64,000 bases of DNA from Candidatus Cloacimonadales bacterium (GTDB lineage Bacteria > Cloacimonadota > Cloacimonadia > Cloacimonadales > JAIOQZ01). The stretch lies in assembly GCA_963665815.1 (NCBI GenBank), contig OY762463.1, positions 3,872,001-3,936,000 of the forward strand, given 5' to 3'. Positions within the stretch are counted from its first letter, which is position 1. The number at the start of each line of letters is the position of its first letter. This document shows, piece by piece, positions 36,142-46,733 of this stretch. A model generated the notes under the pieces. The model searched no databases. It saw only the letters and a list, made by a program, of their open reading frames with translations, and was not told the origin of the DNA. The position numbers were made by a program, and so were the translations under genes.

Positions 36142-38916
36142 TTACTTCAACAACAGCATTTTATGGGTGCTAACGTCTTTTCCTGCTTTCATTCTGACGA
36201 AGTATACACCGGAACTGACATTTTTGCTGTTTGAATCTCTACCAGACCATTTAATCGAGTGGTTTCCCTTTTCCTGCTGCTCATTCACTAGTGTTGTAAC
36301 TTTTTGTCCTTTAATGTTGTACACAACAATATTGACTCGACCTGTTTCTGCCAGTGAGTAACTGATAGTTGTTTCCGGGTTAAACGGATTCGGGTAGTTG
36401 CCGTTCAAACCAGATACTTCAGGAAGTTCAGGAACAGTGTTATCATCGTTATCTGTAATATCGAAATACTGATAATTATTATAAAGGTAAGGAAATCCAT
36501 CATTGATTTCCGGATCAATAGCCCAGATATCATCTGAACCAGTATCATCAAAAGGAGTTCCGAGGAAATCCCATGGGGTATCAAGTCCTGTTGTGTTCAG
36601 GTCTGTGAATGTAGCAATGTCTTTCATCTCAGCAAGAGACACTCTGGTTCCTCCTGCAGATTTAATAGTATAACCATGAGAATACCAGAAGCTGTTTGTT
36701 ATTGTTGAACCTTCAAAGATTAATCGACCAAAACCTGCTAAATCTCCATATAGATGTCCACCCTCAATTGTTCCCATGAAACATGAATTCTCAATTGAGC
36801 TCTCAAAACAAAGTACAACGAAACCCGTAGCATTGTAGGAGTGTAACTTCATGAAACTGTAGCAATCAGATATATTTCCACCGTGAGTTTCCCAACAGAA
36901 TCCAGTGGCATGTTCTTCCGGATTGATACCAGATCCAATTACTCCGTAAACATAAGAATTTATGACATTTGAGTTATGAATATTATGGGCAAACCCCACA
37001 CCTCCATCTCTTAAACAAACATTAGACCGACAGTTCATTATATTTGAATCTGACATATCACGAGCAAACCCACACCCGTCACCAAAAATTGTACCCTCAA
37101 AAGAACAATTTGTTACTTCAGAAGAAAATATAACGTCTGCGAAACCACCTGAGATTCCTCCGATTATTCCTGAAACCGAACAGTCAGTGATTTCAGAATA
37201 GTATGAAATACCGAATAAACCACCTCCAGACTGATAACTACTCAGTTCATAATATATATTTTCAAGCCTTAAATTATAAATCTCAGAATCTCTGATTACT
37301 CCAAACATACCTTGTGAATAAGATGAGTTAGTGTGTCTAATATATAAATTACTGATTGAATAACCGTTTCCATTATAAAATCCAGTGAATTCTTCATCTG
37401 TATTGCCAATAGGGTTAAAGCCTCTTCCTGTAAACCAATATCTTGTACCTGCAGCATCAATATCGGATGTTTGTGAAAAGTAATACCCATTAGTCCAGAT
37501 ATCTGTATTAAATGATAACCAGTAAAGATTCTCCAGTTCTGAAATTAAGAAAGGATCATTTTCGGTTCCTGATCCAACAGGGGGATTTCCCAAACAGTTA
37601 ACAGGGTTTATGAAGTACGGGTATCCATTGTTTATTCCTGAATCCAAAGCCCAATAATCATTTGAGCCAGAATCATTTCCATTGTAACCTACAAAATCCC
37701 AGGAAGCATCAAGTCCGGCAGTATTAAGGTTAGTATAAGTATCAACTGTTTTCATCTCATTAGTTGTTTTTCCTGTTCCCCCAGCTGATGCTGTTTGCCC
37801 TGAAGTATTGATATTCCAGAAACAATTACTTATTATACCGGAATTGTTTTCATTATCTCCACAAAAACCCCCAACATTCTGATCTCCGCTGACCAAGCCG
37901 GTACTGTAACTATTGTTGATAACTGAATCTTTTACAAATCCAGTAAATCCCCCTGCCGGGTAACCTCCGGAAACAGAAGATGTTGCATAGTTATTACTTG
38001 CTTGTGAATCTTCAAAGTATCCTAGAACTCCACCAACACATGAGATTCCGGAAACTATACCATCAGAATAGCAACCAACAATGTTTGAAGTTTTAGATGA
38101 ACCTGTTATACCTCCGGTCCAAGTGTAACCAAAAATGTTGCCTGTATTAGAGCAGTTTAGTAAAAGAGCTTTTTCTGTTCCTCCAGCTATACCTCCTACA
38201 GCATAACGTCCAGTTATTGTTCCTGTGTTTGAACAATAATTGATCATTGAATAGGCTTTAATGGATGAAACTACTGATCCTGCAATACCTCCTGCATAAC
38301 TACTGGTCCGATTTTGTATTGATACATAGCAGGAGCTCGAGCAATTTTCAATGAATGAGTCTCTGCAACAACCTGTAATACCTCCAACTTTGGAACTCCC
38401 AATAACGACACCTGTAGTATGGAAATTTCTAATTGTACATACATAAATTTCTCCGCATAAAGCTCCTGTTTTTGATAATCCCTTTACTGTTGCATCTGAA
38501 AGGTTCAAATTAACAACTTTTGATCTATGTAGATAAGAAAAGAGTCCTACATAATCTTCATTTGGTCTGTTTATGTAAAGATCACTGATTGTATATCCGT
38601 TTCCATCATATTGTGCAATTGAATTATAGAAATCTCCAATCGGTTGAAAACCCATTGCCGAATCCGGAGTATAAAGGTCATTATCATGATCACCAATATT
38701 CCAGTTTTGCGTGGCTGATGCATCAATGTCTGATGTCTGCTCGAAGAACATACCAGTTACTGTATTGGAGCTCATCCATAATAGATTATCGAGACTTGAG
38801 ACCTGATAAGGATCAGTTTCTGTTCCGGAACCGAGTGGTTGTACTCCTTGTGCATTCAGTAAGGTAGTCATAGTATATATTATACAGAATAAGCTGAGTA
38901 TTTTCAATATTTTCAT
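36142..38916 (-). CDS. Secreted GLUG-motif repeat protein with C-terminal sorting domain (copy A)
   Basis: Signal peptide; two modules GSGTExDPYxxxxLxNL..QTSDIDA..GFxPIG..YxGNGYxIS.L; VGGIAG repeats; GNYPNPFNPETTI. Confidence 0.85.
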   Translation of the reverse strand: MKILKILSLFCIIYTMTTLLNAQGVQPLGSGTETDPYQVSSLDNLLWMSSNTVTGMFFEQTSDIDASATQNWNIGDHDNDLYTPDSAMGFQPIGDFYNSIAQYDGNGYTISDLYINRPNEDYVGLFSYLHRSKVVNLNLSDATVKGLSKTGALCGEIYVCTIRNFHTTGVVIGSSKVGGITGCCRDSFIENCSSSCYVSIQNRTSSYAGGIAGSVVSSIKAYSMINYCSNTGTITGRYAVGGIAGGTEKALLLNCSNTGNIFGYTWTGGITGSSKTSNIVGCYSDGIVSGISCVGGVLGYFEDSQASNNYATSSVSGGYPAGGFTGFVKDSVINNSYSTGLVSGDQNVGGFCGDNENNSGIISNCFWNINTSGQTASAGGTGKTTNEMKTVDTYTNLNTAGLDASWDFVGYNGNDSGSNDYWALDSGINNGYPYFINPVNCLGNPPVGSGTENDPFLISELENLYWLSFNTDIWTNGYYFSQTSDIDAAGTRYWFTGRGFNPIGNTDEEFTGFYNGNGYSISNLYIRHTNSSYSQGMFGVIRDSEIYNLRLENIYYELSSYQSGGGLFGISYYSEITDCSVSGIIGGISGGFADVIFSSEVTNCSFEGTIFGDGCGFARDMSDSNIMNCRSNVCLRDGGVGFAHNIHNSNVINSYVYGVIGSGINPEEHATGFCWETHGGNISDCYSFMKLHSYNATGFVVLCFESSIENSCFMGTIEGGHLYGDLAGFGRLIFEGSTITNSFWYSHGYTIKSAGGTRVSLAEMKDIATFTDLNTTGLDTPWDFLGTPFDDTGSDDIWAIDPEINDGFPYLYNNYQYFDITDNDDNTVPELPEVSGLNGNYPNPFNPETTISYSLAETGRVNIVVYNIKGQKVTTLVNEQQEKGNHSIKWSGRDSNSKNVSSGVYFVRMKAGKDVSTHKMLLLK

Positions 38917-39448
38917 TTTGCTTCCCTTTTTTATTACTTCAACAAAAGCATTTTATGGGTGCTAACGTCTTTTCCTGCTTTCATTCTGACGAAGTATACA
39001 CCGGAACTGACATTTTTGCTGTTTGAATCTCTACCAGACCATTTAATCGAGTGGTTTCCCTTTTCCTGCTGCTCATTCACTAGTGTTGTAACTTTTTGTC
39101 CTTTAATGTTGTACACAACAATATTGACTCGACCTGTTTCTGCCAGTGAGTAACTGATAGTTGTTTCCGGGTTAAACGGATTCGGGTAGTTGCCGTTCAA
39201 ACCAGATACTTCAGGAAGTTCAGGAACAGTGTTATCATCGTTATCTGTAATATCGAAATACTGATAATTATTATAAAGGTAAGGAAATCCATCATTGATT
39301 TCCGGATCAATAGCCCAGATATCATCTGAACCAGTATCATCAAAAGGAGTTCCGAGGAAATCCCATGGGGTATCAAGTCCTGTTGTGTTCAGGTCTGTGA
39401 ATGTAGCAATGTCTTTCATCTCAGCAAGAGACACTCTGGTTCCTCCTG
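36142..39448. repeat. 515-bp near-identical direct repeat (36142-36656 vs 38934-39448)
   Basis: One mismatch seen by eye (36154 C / 38946 A). Confidence 0.9.
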
Positions 39449-41672
39449 TAGATTCAATACTATCCCCGGAGCAGCACCAGAAGCAATTTAATATTACTGT
39501 GTCATCATTAGTCGTATTACAGAAAGCTGCTCTTGTATTTGTAAAAAAATATGAATTTTTTATTGTTGATGTACCTGTAGAGATGTTAATAAATGCTGGG
39601 CACCAATCACCATAGCGTATCGAATCAGCAATGCTGTAGCAGTTTTCAATTGTACTGTTATCGATACTATCAGAAAATCCTCTATGATCAAGAGTTTTAC
39701 ATTCAGAATAGCAACCTGTTATAGTGCAATCATATAAAAATACTGCAAACCCACCACTTAATTCTGCTTTACTTACACAATAACAGTTTTCTATTATTGA
39801 ATTTGCTGCAGTTCGAATGAACATTCCCCCCGTTGTTGATCTGCTATTGGTGACTGAATAACAATCTTGAAAAGTACAATCATAAGCTTCAACACAAAAA
39901 CCAATATTTGATGCTCCAATTGCTGAGCAGGACTCGAATCCGGTATTAGTTGCTTCTCCTACGAATCCCCCTGTAGTTCCCTGCCCAACATACTCGAAAT
40001 TCACAACATTGAGATCATAGAACTCAGAATTTTCTACATTACCGAACATACCAGTGTTTATTCTAATTTCAATATACTGATCAGGACTGAGATTTAAATA
40101 AAGATTGTAAATGTTATGACCATTTCCGTTAACATTTCCAATAAATGGATTTAATTCTGTTCCTATTACTCCAAAGCCTTTACCGTTGTTCCATGTAATA
40201 GTTTCAGCTGCATCAATGTTAGATGTAAGTTCAAAGAATGCTCCCTGATTCCATATTTCAGGAGTATAACTGAGCCACTGGAGATTTGCGAGAGATGATA
40301 TAAGATAAGGATCGTCATTTGTTCCTGTTCCATTGGGGACTTGCCCGGTATTATCGGTTGGATTCAGAAGATACGGGTATCCATCATTAATAGTTGAATT
40401 AATATCCCAATAATCATTGGTGCCAGAGTCATTTCCTTGTAATCCTGTGAAATCCCATGCAGAATATAATCCAACAGTACTGGTATTTACAAAAGTGGAT
40501 AAATTTTTCATTTCACTTGTTGTTTTACCTGTTCCTCCTCCACCTGTAATAGATAATCCGGAAGTTTCCGTATCCCAGAAACAATTGCGTATTGTGTTAT
40601 CAGGGAACCATGATGGAGTGCCCATCAGCCCTCCAATATCTTCTCCACTAACCAAGCCGGTACTATAGCAATTATTAACATAAGAGTCTTCAGATATTCC
40701 GCAGAAACCTCCCCCAGTGTATTGGCAGGTGACATCTGATCTTGAAAAGCAATTCCTTACATTACATTTGTCGATTGCACCAGCAATTCCTCCAATATTC
40801 CTAGAACCTGTAATCTGTCCATAAGATGTGCAGCAGGTTATAGTCGAGTTATCCAGCAATCCGCATATTCCTCCTGAATAATTGGAATAACTAATAACAC
40901 TTCCATAATTTACACAATTAACCAGGTTAACAAAAATTCCACCTCCCATAATTCCTCCACCACCCCAGCTGTGTGAGACAATTGTGCCTGTATTTGTACA
41001 ATTCTGGATTCCGCAATAGAAAGGAGCGTCAATATAATAAGCACTTCCGATAATTCCCCCAACTTCTCCACCTATAACAGTGCAATCATTTGTACAGTTT
41101 GCTATTCTGGTATTTTCGATCCAACTGCTTATACCTCCACATTTTCCATAACAAGATTTTATTATCCCGGAAGTATGACAACTAATTATAATTGAGTATT
41201 GTAAATATCCTGCAATTCCTCCAGTACAGTTATCTCCTGTGATGCATGCATCTGAAAGGTTCAAATTAACAACTTTTGATCTATATAGATTAGAAAAGAG
41301 TCCTACATCATCTTCATTGGGTCTGTTTATATTAAGATCACTGATTGTATATCCGTTTCCATCATATTGTGCAATTGAATTATGGAACTCTCCAATCGGT
41401 TGAAAACCCATTGCCGAATCCGGAGTATTAGGGTCATTATCATGATTACCAATATTCCAGTTTTGCGTGGCTGATGCATCAATGTCTGATGTCTGCTCGA
41501 AGAACATTCCTGTTACTGTATTGGAGCTCATCCACAATAGATTATCGAGACTGGAGACCTGATAAGGATCAGATTCTGTTCCGGAACCGAGTGGTTGTAC
41601 ACCTTGTGCGTTTAGAATTGATTGTAATAGTAGAAATGCCATCAGGCAGTAAAGTAGTCTAAGACTTTTCAT
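38934..41672 (-). CDS. Secreted GLUG-motif repeat protein with C-terminal sorting domain (copy B)
   Basis: Same architecture as copy A; likely start ATG 41672. Confidence 0.85.
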   Translation of the reverse strand: MKSLRLLYCLMAFLLLQSILNAQGVQPLGSGTESDPYQVSSLDNLLWMSSNTVTGMFFEQTSDIDASATQNWNIGNHDNDPNTPDSAMGFQPIGEFHNSIAQYDGNGYTISDLNINRPNEDDVGLFSNLYRSKVVNLNLSDACITGDNCTGGIAGYLQYSIIISCHTSGIIKSCYGKCGGISSWIENTRIANCTNDCTVIGGEVGGIIGSAYYIDAPFYCGIQNCTNTGTIVSHSWGGGGIMGGGIFVNLVNCVNYGSVISYSNYSGGICGLLDNSTITCCTSYGQITGSRNIGGIAGAIDKCNVRNCFSRSDVTCQYTGGGFCGISEDSYVNNCYSTGLVSGEDIGGLMGTPSWFPDNTIRNCFWDTETSGLSITGGGGTGKTTSEMKNLSTFVNTSTVGLYSAWDFTGLQGNDSGTNDYWDINSTINDGYPYLLNPTDNTGQVPNGTGTNDDPYLISSLANLQWLSYTPEIWNQGAFFELTSNIDAAETITWNNGKGFGVIGTELNPFIGNVNGNGHNIYNLYLNLSPDQYIEIRINTGMFGNVENSEFYDLNVVNFEYVGQGTTGGFVGEATNTGFESCSAIGASNIGFCVEAYDCTFQDCYSVTNSRSTTGGMFIRTAANSIIENCYCVSKAELSGGFAVFLYDCTITGCYSECKTLDHRGFSDSIDNSTIENCYSIADSIRYGDWCPAFINISTGTSTIKNSYFFTNTRAAFCNTTNDDTVILNCFWCCSGDSIESTGGTRVSLAEMKDIATFTDLNTTGLDTPWDFLGTPFDDTGSDDIWAIDPEINDGFPYLYNNYQYFDITDNDDNTVPELPEVSGLNGNYPNPFNPETTISYSLAETGRVNIVVYNIKGQKVTTLVNEQQEKGNHSIKWSGRDSNSKNVSSGVYFVRMKAGKDVSTHKMLLLK

Positions 41673-41871
41673 TTTTCCCCCTGTATACTTTGTGAAGCAA
41701 TATCCCCTTTGCTTACTAAAGATATATTTGAACAATTTTAAATATATTCTATAACGTTTGTCAATAAGAAATGTTATTATTTACAGGCTTGCAATATTAC
41801 TATCTTGACAATAATATTCTTACGTAGATAAAAAGATTTAATGGAAAAATCTGATTAAACAAGGAGACTGA

Positions 41872-42639
41872 ATGATTACGGTTAAAAACTTAGTTAAAAC
41901 ATTCAAGACCACCAAAGACCAGAGAAAGAAAATGGAAGTCCCCGTGAAAGAAATCAATGCTGTGGAAAACGTCAGCTTTGAGTGTAAACCGGGGAGAATC
42001 TTCTCATTGCTTGGTCCTAACGGTGCCGGAAAAACAACGACTCTGAGAATAATAGCAGCCTTAATGAAACCTACTTCCGGGTCAGTGGAAGTTAACGGAT
42101 ATGACGTCACAAAACAAGATAAAGAAGTACACAGGAATATCGGATTCCTGACAGGATCAACCAAACTTTACGACAGACTTTCACCGCGTGAGATAGTAAA
42201 GTACTACGGAAATCTATACGGACTGGATAAGACTGTCCTCAACAGACGTATAGACGAATATTTTACTGTTCTTGACATGCACAGTTTTGCCGATCAGCGT
42301 ATTGGCAAGCTTTCATCCGGCATGAAACAGAAAACATCTATTGTACGTACAATGATCCATGATCCGCAGGTGCTTGTATTTGATGAAGCTACAGTTGGAC
42401 TGGATGTTATCACATCAAAGAATATCGTGCAGCTTGTGCGTAAATGCAGAAATGACGGTAAAACGATAATCTTCTCAACCCACATAATGGGAGAGGTTGC
42501 TCTGCTGAGTGATGATCTGGCAATTATCCATAAAGGAAAGCTCCTGTACAACGGAACATATCAGTCTTTCTGTGATGAGATAGGGGATATTACCGTAGAA
42601 GAAGGATTTATCAAATACATAGAAGGAGCTGAAAAATGA
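41872..42639 (+). CDS. ABC exporter ATP-binding subunit (NatA-like)
   Basis: GPNGAGKTT, LSSGMKQK, VLVFDEATVGLD, FSTH. Confidence 0.9.
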   Translation: MITVKNLVKTFKTTKDQRKKMEVPVKEINAVENVSFECKPGRIFSLLGPNGAGKTTTLRIIAALMKPTSGSVEVNGYDVTKQDKEVHRNIGFLTGSTKLYDRLSPREIVKYYGNLYGLDKTVLNRRIDEYFTVLDMHSFADQRIGKLSSGMKQKTSIVRTMIHDPQVLVFDEATVGLDVITSKNIVQLVRKCRNDGKTIIFSTHIMGEVALLSDDLAIIHKGKLLYNGTYQSFCDEIGDITVEEGFIKYIEGAEK

Positions 42640-43832
42640 ATGCAATAAAAACAATCATGAAAAAAGAGTTCCTTGATATTACAAGAGATAAACGTACATT
42701 AATCACAATGATTATTCTTCCTCTGATGCTTTTCCCTGTTCTCCTGAACGTAATGACAAAAGTGTCTGTGAGAATGGCAAAAAAAGAAAAAGCTAAAGCT
42801 CTCCAGGTTGCAGTGATAAAAGATAAAACACCGCAGCAATTCCAGACATTTCTGGAAGGCTACGAGAATGTTGAAATTGTCTATGAGACATCTGAAGATG
42901 AAATTAATGACAAGATTGTTAATGACAGTCTGGATGTGTACTTCATGTTCAGCAGTGACTTCTTTGAGAAAATCAAAGAGTTGGGAACAGGTAGAATAGA
43001 CGCTTATTACAAATCAAAATCTACAACCGGGATTGTTAAAAAACGTATTCAGGATATTCTCGATGAATACAAAAAACCGTTTATGGATGAGCGTTATGAT
43101 GCTCTGGGAATAGAGGCAAAACAACTGGATGTTATTGATCTGGAAATTACCAATATGGCGACTATGCAGGAAGAGGTGGCAGAAAATGTTGGTGGATTTA
43201 TCCCGTACCTGTTCATAATATTCTGTTTCATGGGAGCTATGTATCCAGCGATAGATCTGGCTGCTGGCGAAAAAGAGCGCGGTACTTATGAAACTCTTCT
43301 GACAACCCCTGTATCCAGATTCGAGATTTTACTCGGTAAATTCGGAGTTGTGACAATAGGTGGACTTGTTTCTGCCATTGCAGGGATTGTAGGACTCTAT
43401 ATCGGTGTCAGAATGAATTCAGATATACCGAAAGATCTGCTTGAATCACTTATTAGTATACTTGAAATCAAGTCTATGATTATTGTTACGACGCTTCTGA
43501 TACCGCTGTCAGTATTCTTCTCAGGTCTGCTTCTATCGTTGTCAATCATAGCGAAATCATTCAAAGAAGCTCAGAGCATTGTTTCTCCGCTGATGATTGT
43601 TGTTATTTTACCAGCGGTTATGGGAATGCTACCGGGAATAGAACTTAATACCGGCACAGCACTGATTCCTATTCTGAACGTTACTCTGGCAACAAAAGTA
43701 GTTCTATCAGGTAATTACCCTGTTGTGAATTTAGCTTTAGTTTACATATCTCTTTCTGTATTTGCCTGTGCAGCTCTTTACGTAAGTTCTCTCATTTTCA
43801 AAAGAGAAAGCTCAGTCTTCAATAAAGGTTAG
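42636..43832 (+). CDS. ABC exporter permease (NatB-like)
   Basis: KKEFLDITRDKRT, AIDLAAGEKERGTYETLLTTP, AKSFKEAQS; ATGA overlap with the ATPase. Confidence 0.9.
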   Translation: MNAIKTIMKKEFLDITRDKRTLITMIILPLMLFPVLLNVMTKVSVRMAKKEKAKALQVAVIKDKTPQQFQTFLEGYENVEIVYETSEDEINDKIVNDSLDVYFMFSSDFFEKIKELGTGRIDAYYKSKSTTGIVKKRIQDILDEYKKPFMDERYDALGIEAKQLDVIDLEITNMATMQEEVAENVGGFIPYLFIIFCFMGAMYPAIDLAAGEKERGTYETLLTTPVSRFEILLGKFGVVTIGGLVSAIAGIVGLYIGVRMNSDIPKDLLESLISILEIKSMIIVTTLLIPLSVFFSGLLLSLSIIAKSFKEAQSIVSPLMIVVILPAVMGMLPGIELNTGTALIPILNVTLATKVVLSGNYPVVNLALVYISLSVFACAALYVSSLIFKRESSVFNKG

Positions 43833-43846
43833 ATAATGAGGATGTT

Positions 43847-44884
43847 ATGGATAAGATTCGACTGACGCAGTACTCGCGGTACTCCGGTTGCGGAGCTAAA
43901 TTAGGGCCGTGCGCCTTAAATAAAGCACTGGGTGGCTTGAAACAACCCGAATATCTGAACCTGATTGCAGGTTATGAACATTCTGAAGATGCAGGCGTTT
44001 ACAAGATTAATGACGAAACGGCTATTGTGCAGACTGTTGACTTTTTCCCTCCAATAGTTGACGATCCTTATACATTTGGTCAGATTGCTGCTGCAAATGC
44101 ACTGTCTGATATTTATGCAATGGGTGGGACTCCAATAACTGCTCTGAGTATTGTAGGTTTTCCAACAGACAAGCTCGATATGAGTGTACTGAGAGCAATC
44201 ATGGATGGAGGTCTCTCCAAACTCAAGGAAGCTGGAGCAGCGCTGCTTGGAGGTCACAGTATTAATGATTCCGAAGTTAAGTATGGGCTTGCCGTGACAG
44301 GGACTATTCATCCTGATAAAATCTATCTCAATAACACTCCTCGAGCCGGGGATAAGATTGTACTGACGAAACCGCTGGGTAATGGAACGATCAATACTGC
44401 TCTTAAGGCAGAGATGGTCAGAGAAGAATCTCTTGCTGAGGCTACTCGCTATATGGTTATGCTGAATAAACAGGCTGCAGAAATAGCTGGCAATTATGAA
44501 ATATCAGCCTGTACGGATATTACAGGTTTTGGTTTACTTGGACATATTAAGGAAATGTTTGCTGGCAGCAATTGCGGAGTAGAGCTTGAATTCTCAAAAA
44601 TTCCGGCACTTCCTTACGCTATGGAGTACATTAATGATGGTCTTGTTCCGGGTGGAACTATGAAGAACAGACAGTTCTGTGAAGATTTGATTATTAACAG
44701 AGCAGATGTTAAAGATGAAATGGTTGATTTGTTATGTGATCCTCAGACTTCCGGTGGACTGTTGTTTTCCGTCTCTGCTGATCAGGTAATGAAAATGGTC
44801 CAGGAGATGAACTCGGCTGGTTTACCTGCAGCGGTAATCGGTATAGTAAAAGCTGACGAATATGGCGTATTTGTAAAAGCATAG
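43847..44884 (+). CDS. selD: Selenide, water dikinase (Cys-type)
   Basis: IRLTQYSRYSGCGAK, EDAGVY, QTVDFFPPIVDDPY.FG.IAAANALSDIYAMGG, TDITGFGLLGH, DPQTSGGLL. Confidence 0.95.
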   Translation: MDKIRLTQYSRYSGCGAKLGPCALNKALGGLKQPEYLNLIAGYEHSEDAGVYKINDETAIVQTVDFFPPIVDDPYTFGQIAAANALSDIYAMGGTPITALSIVGFPTDKLDMSVLRAIMDGGLSKLKEAGAALLGGHSINDSEVKYGLAVTGTIHPDKIYLNNTPRAGDKIVLTKPLGNGTINTALKAEMVREESLAEATRYMVMLNKQAAEIAGNYEISACTDITGFGLLGHIKEMFAGSNCGVELEFSKIPALPYAMEYINDGLVPGGTMKNRQFCEDLIINRADVKDEMVDLLCDPQTSGGLLFSVSADQVMKMVQEMNSAGLPAAVIGIVKADEYGVFVKA

Positions 44885-45414
44885 TAAAGACATAAAAACA
44901 TATATTCAATAACTGCTGGGCTGACAATCTCAGCAGTTTTCTTTTGTTCATAATGTTTCATTTAAGGGGATTAGAGCATCCAATGAACATAAGGAAACAG
45001 AAAGGCAAACGTTTCATAACATGTCGACAATGTGACAATATGGAGCAATGCCTTAACAAAGCAACTGCATGATACACTTTTTTTTGATATTGTAATTTAT
45101 TGTAGGGATTGAAGATATAACGTGATTTCTGCGTAAAAATCAGGGTGGTTTGTCATATAATATAGAAAATCATTGATTTAATTCTGGTAAGTAGGGATGG
45201 ACATTTAAGCCGAATATTTCGGCTTATTTCCCTGCTTTTTGTTAAATTGATTTTCTGAAGTTGAGGACTAAAAATTTATCAGTATGTATTCAACTGGGGA
45301 AAGATATTTTGGGTATAACCCGTGGAGTGTGTAAGCCGGTTCTGCCGGCTTTCTTTTTTTGCAAAAAAAAGGTCTACCGATTACTCGATAGACCTGTAAT
45401 ATGTTTAGTATTAA

Positions 45415-46677
45415 TTATTTCATCAATACAAGCTTTGCTGTTGTTGTTCCGGACTTTGTTTTCAAGACTGCAAAATATACTCCGGTAGAAAAACTATCTG
45501 CTTTCCATGTAATGTTATGATTTCCCTTTGTGAATCCTTTATTCACAATAGTGTCAACTTTTTGACCTTTAACATTGTAAACAGAGATTTCAACATTTGA
45601 ATCACTTACAAGATTGAAATTCAGTGTAGTTTCAGGGTTGAAAGGATTTGGATAGTTTGAAAGAGAGAGAACTGATTTTGCTGCATTAACATCATCAATA
45701 GCGTTATCGCCATAACCAAATACTACTTTACCTTCATTTTCCCATTCTCTGGAAATTATGCTTTGCACCTGACTAAGAAATTCAACAGGTTTATTTTCAG
45801 TGTTAAATGAGATTGTTCCTCTTTGTGTTTCAATCCAGTCATCACTTGACCAGAAGAATTCACTCCAGGCAGAAGGCATGCTTCTACTGAACTGGTATGT
45901 CGTTTTCTCAACATTTTGCCATGCATCTGTCTGCCATTCCTGTTCAATTTCTTCTACAAGATTGTCACCGCTGTAAGCATAAGTATTATTGTATACATCT
46001 ACCCAGTTAATCTGATCAAATTCCTGTTCATTGATTGTAGATACTTTTCCATTTGAATAAGCAAGAAGACATTTTCTATCATCTGTCCAAACTGATTCAT
46101 CGTTATACTGACTCAGGGATTCGGTTAAATCAGATCCTGTATAAGTATATAACAATCTGTCTTCGTTTGTCCAGGTTCCGTCAATTGGATCAGGAATCTG
46201 CATTACAGCTTCGGTAAGTTCACCTGAGTTTCCGTATGTATATGTTTCTCTACCTGTAGCGATAGGAGTGTCTCCCATATCGTAGGCCATATCAATCTGA
46301 GTAATATTTCCACTGTTCCAGGTTACATCATAAATAACAGACATTCTGTCTCTGCCAAACGCCATATCGATGATCATTCTTGATACCTGATCACCTGAGT
46401 ATTCAAGAATTACTGATCCGGTTTCGTTCCATGCACCATCTGCCCATGTGTACATTCTGATGGATGTATTTCCATACATGCCATAGAGTTTTGTAAGAGT
46501 GAGCAGCTCAGGATACACTTCATTCAGGATCGGATCATAATAATCTCTTGTGTGTTCATTAGAAATTTTTGATAGAAGTTTAATCTGCTTGTTTACAAAT
46601 GCTTTATGCAGATCAAAAGCTTGAGCACTGAGTAAAGCAATACTCATAATAAGTAAAACTAATATAGTTCTTTTCAT
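45415..46677 (-). CDS. Secreted W/Y-rich repeat protein (DUF3836-like) with C-terminal sorting domain (copy A)
   Basis: Signal peptide; repeats of W.N..K..Y.Y....L.E; SNYPNPFNPETTL. Confidence 0.7.
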   Translation of the reverse strand: MKRTILVLLIMSIALLSAQAFDLHKAFVNKQIKLLSKISNEHTRDYYDPILNEVYPELLTLTKLYGMYGNTSIRMYTWADGAWNETGSVILEYSGDQVSRMIIDMAFGRDRMSVIYDVTWNSGNITQIDMAYDMGDTPIATGRETYTYGNSGELTEAVMQIPDPIDGTWTNEDRLLYTYTGSDLTESLSQYNDESVWTDDRKCLLAYSNGKVSTINEQEFDQINWVDVYNNTYAYSGDNLVEEIEQEWQTDAWQNVEKTTYQFSRSMPSAWSEFFWSSDDWIETQRGTISFNTENKPVEFLSQVQSIISREWENEGKVVFGYGDNAIDDVNAAKSVLSLSNYPNPFNPETTLNFNLVSDSNVEISVYNVKGQKVDTIVNKGFTKGNHNITWKADSFSTGVYFAVLKTKSGTTTAKLVLMK

Positions 46678-46733
46678 TGGTTGCCTCCAGACATAATATT
46701 TAGTTTTCGAAAATATCGATTCAAGAAACTACA

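Noticed and set aside
38491..41609. DGR template/variable repeat pair in the GLUG genes
   Set aside because: Mismatches are not adenine-specific and no reverse transcriptase is in the window
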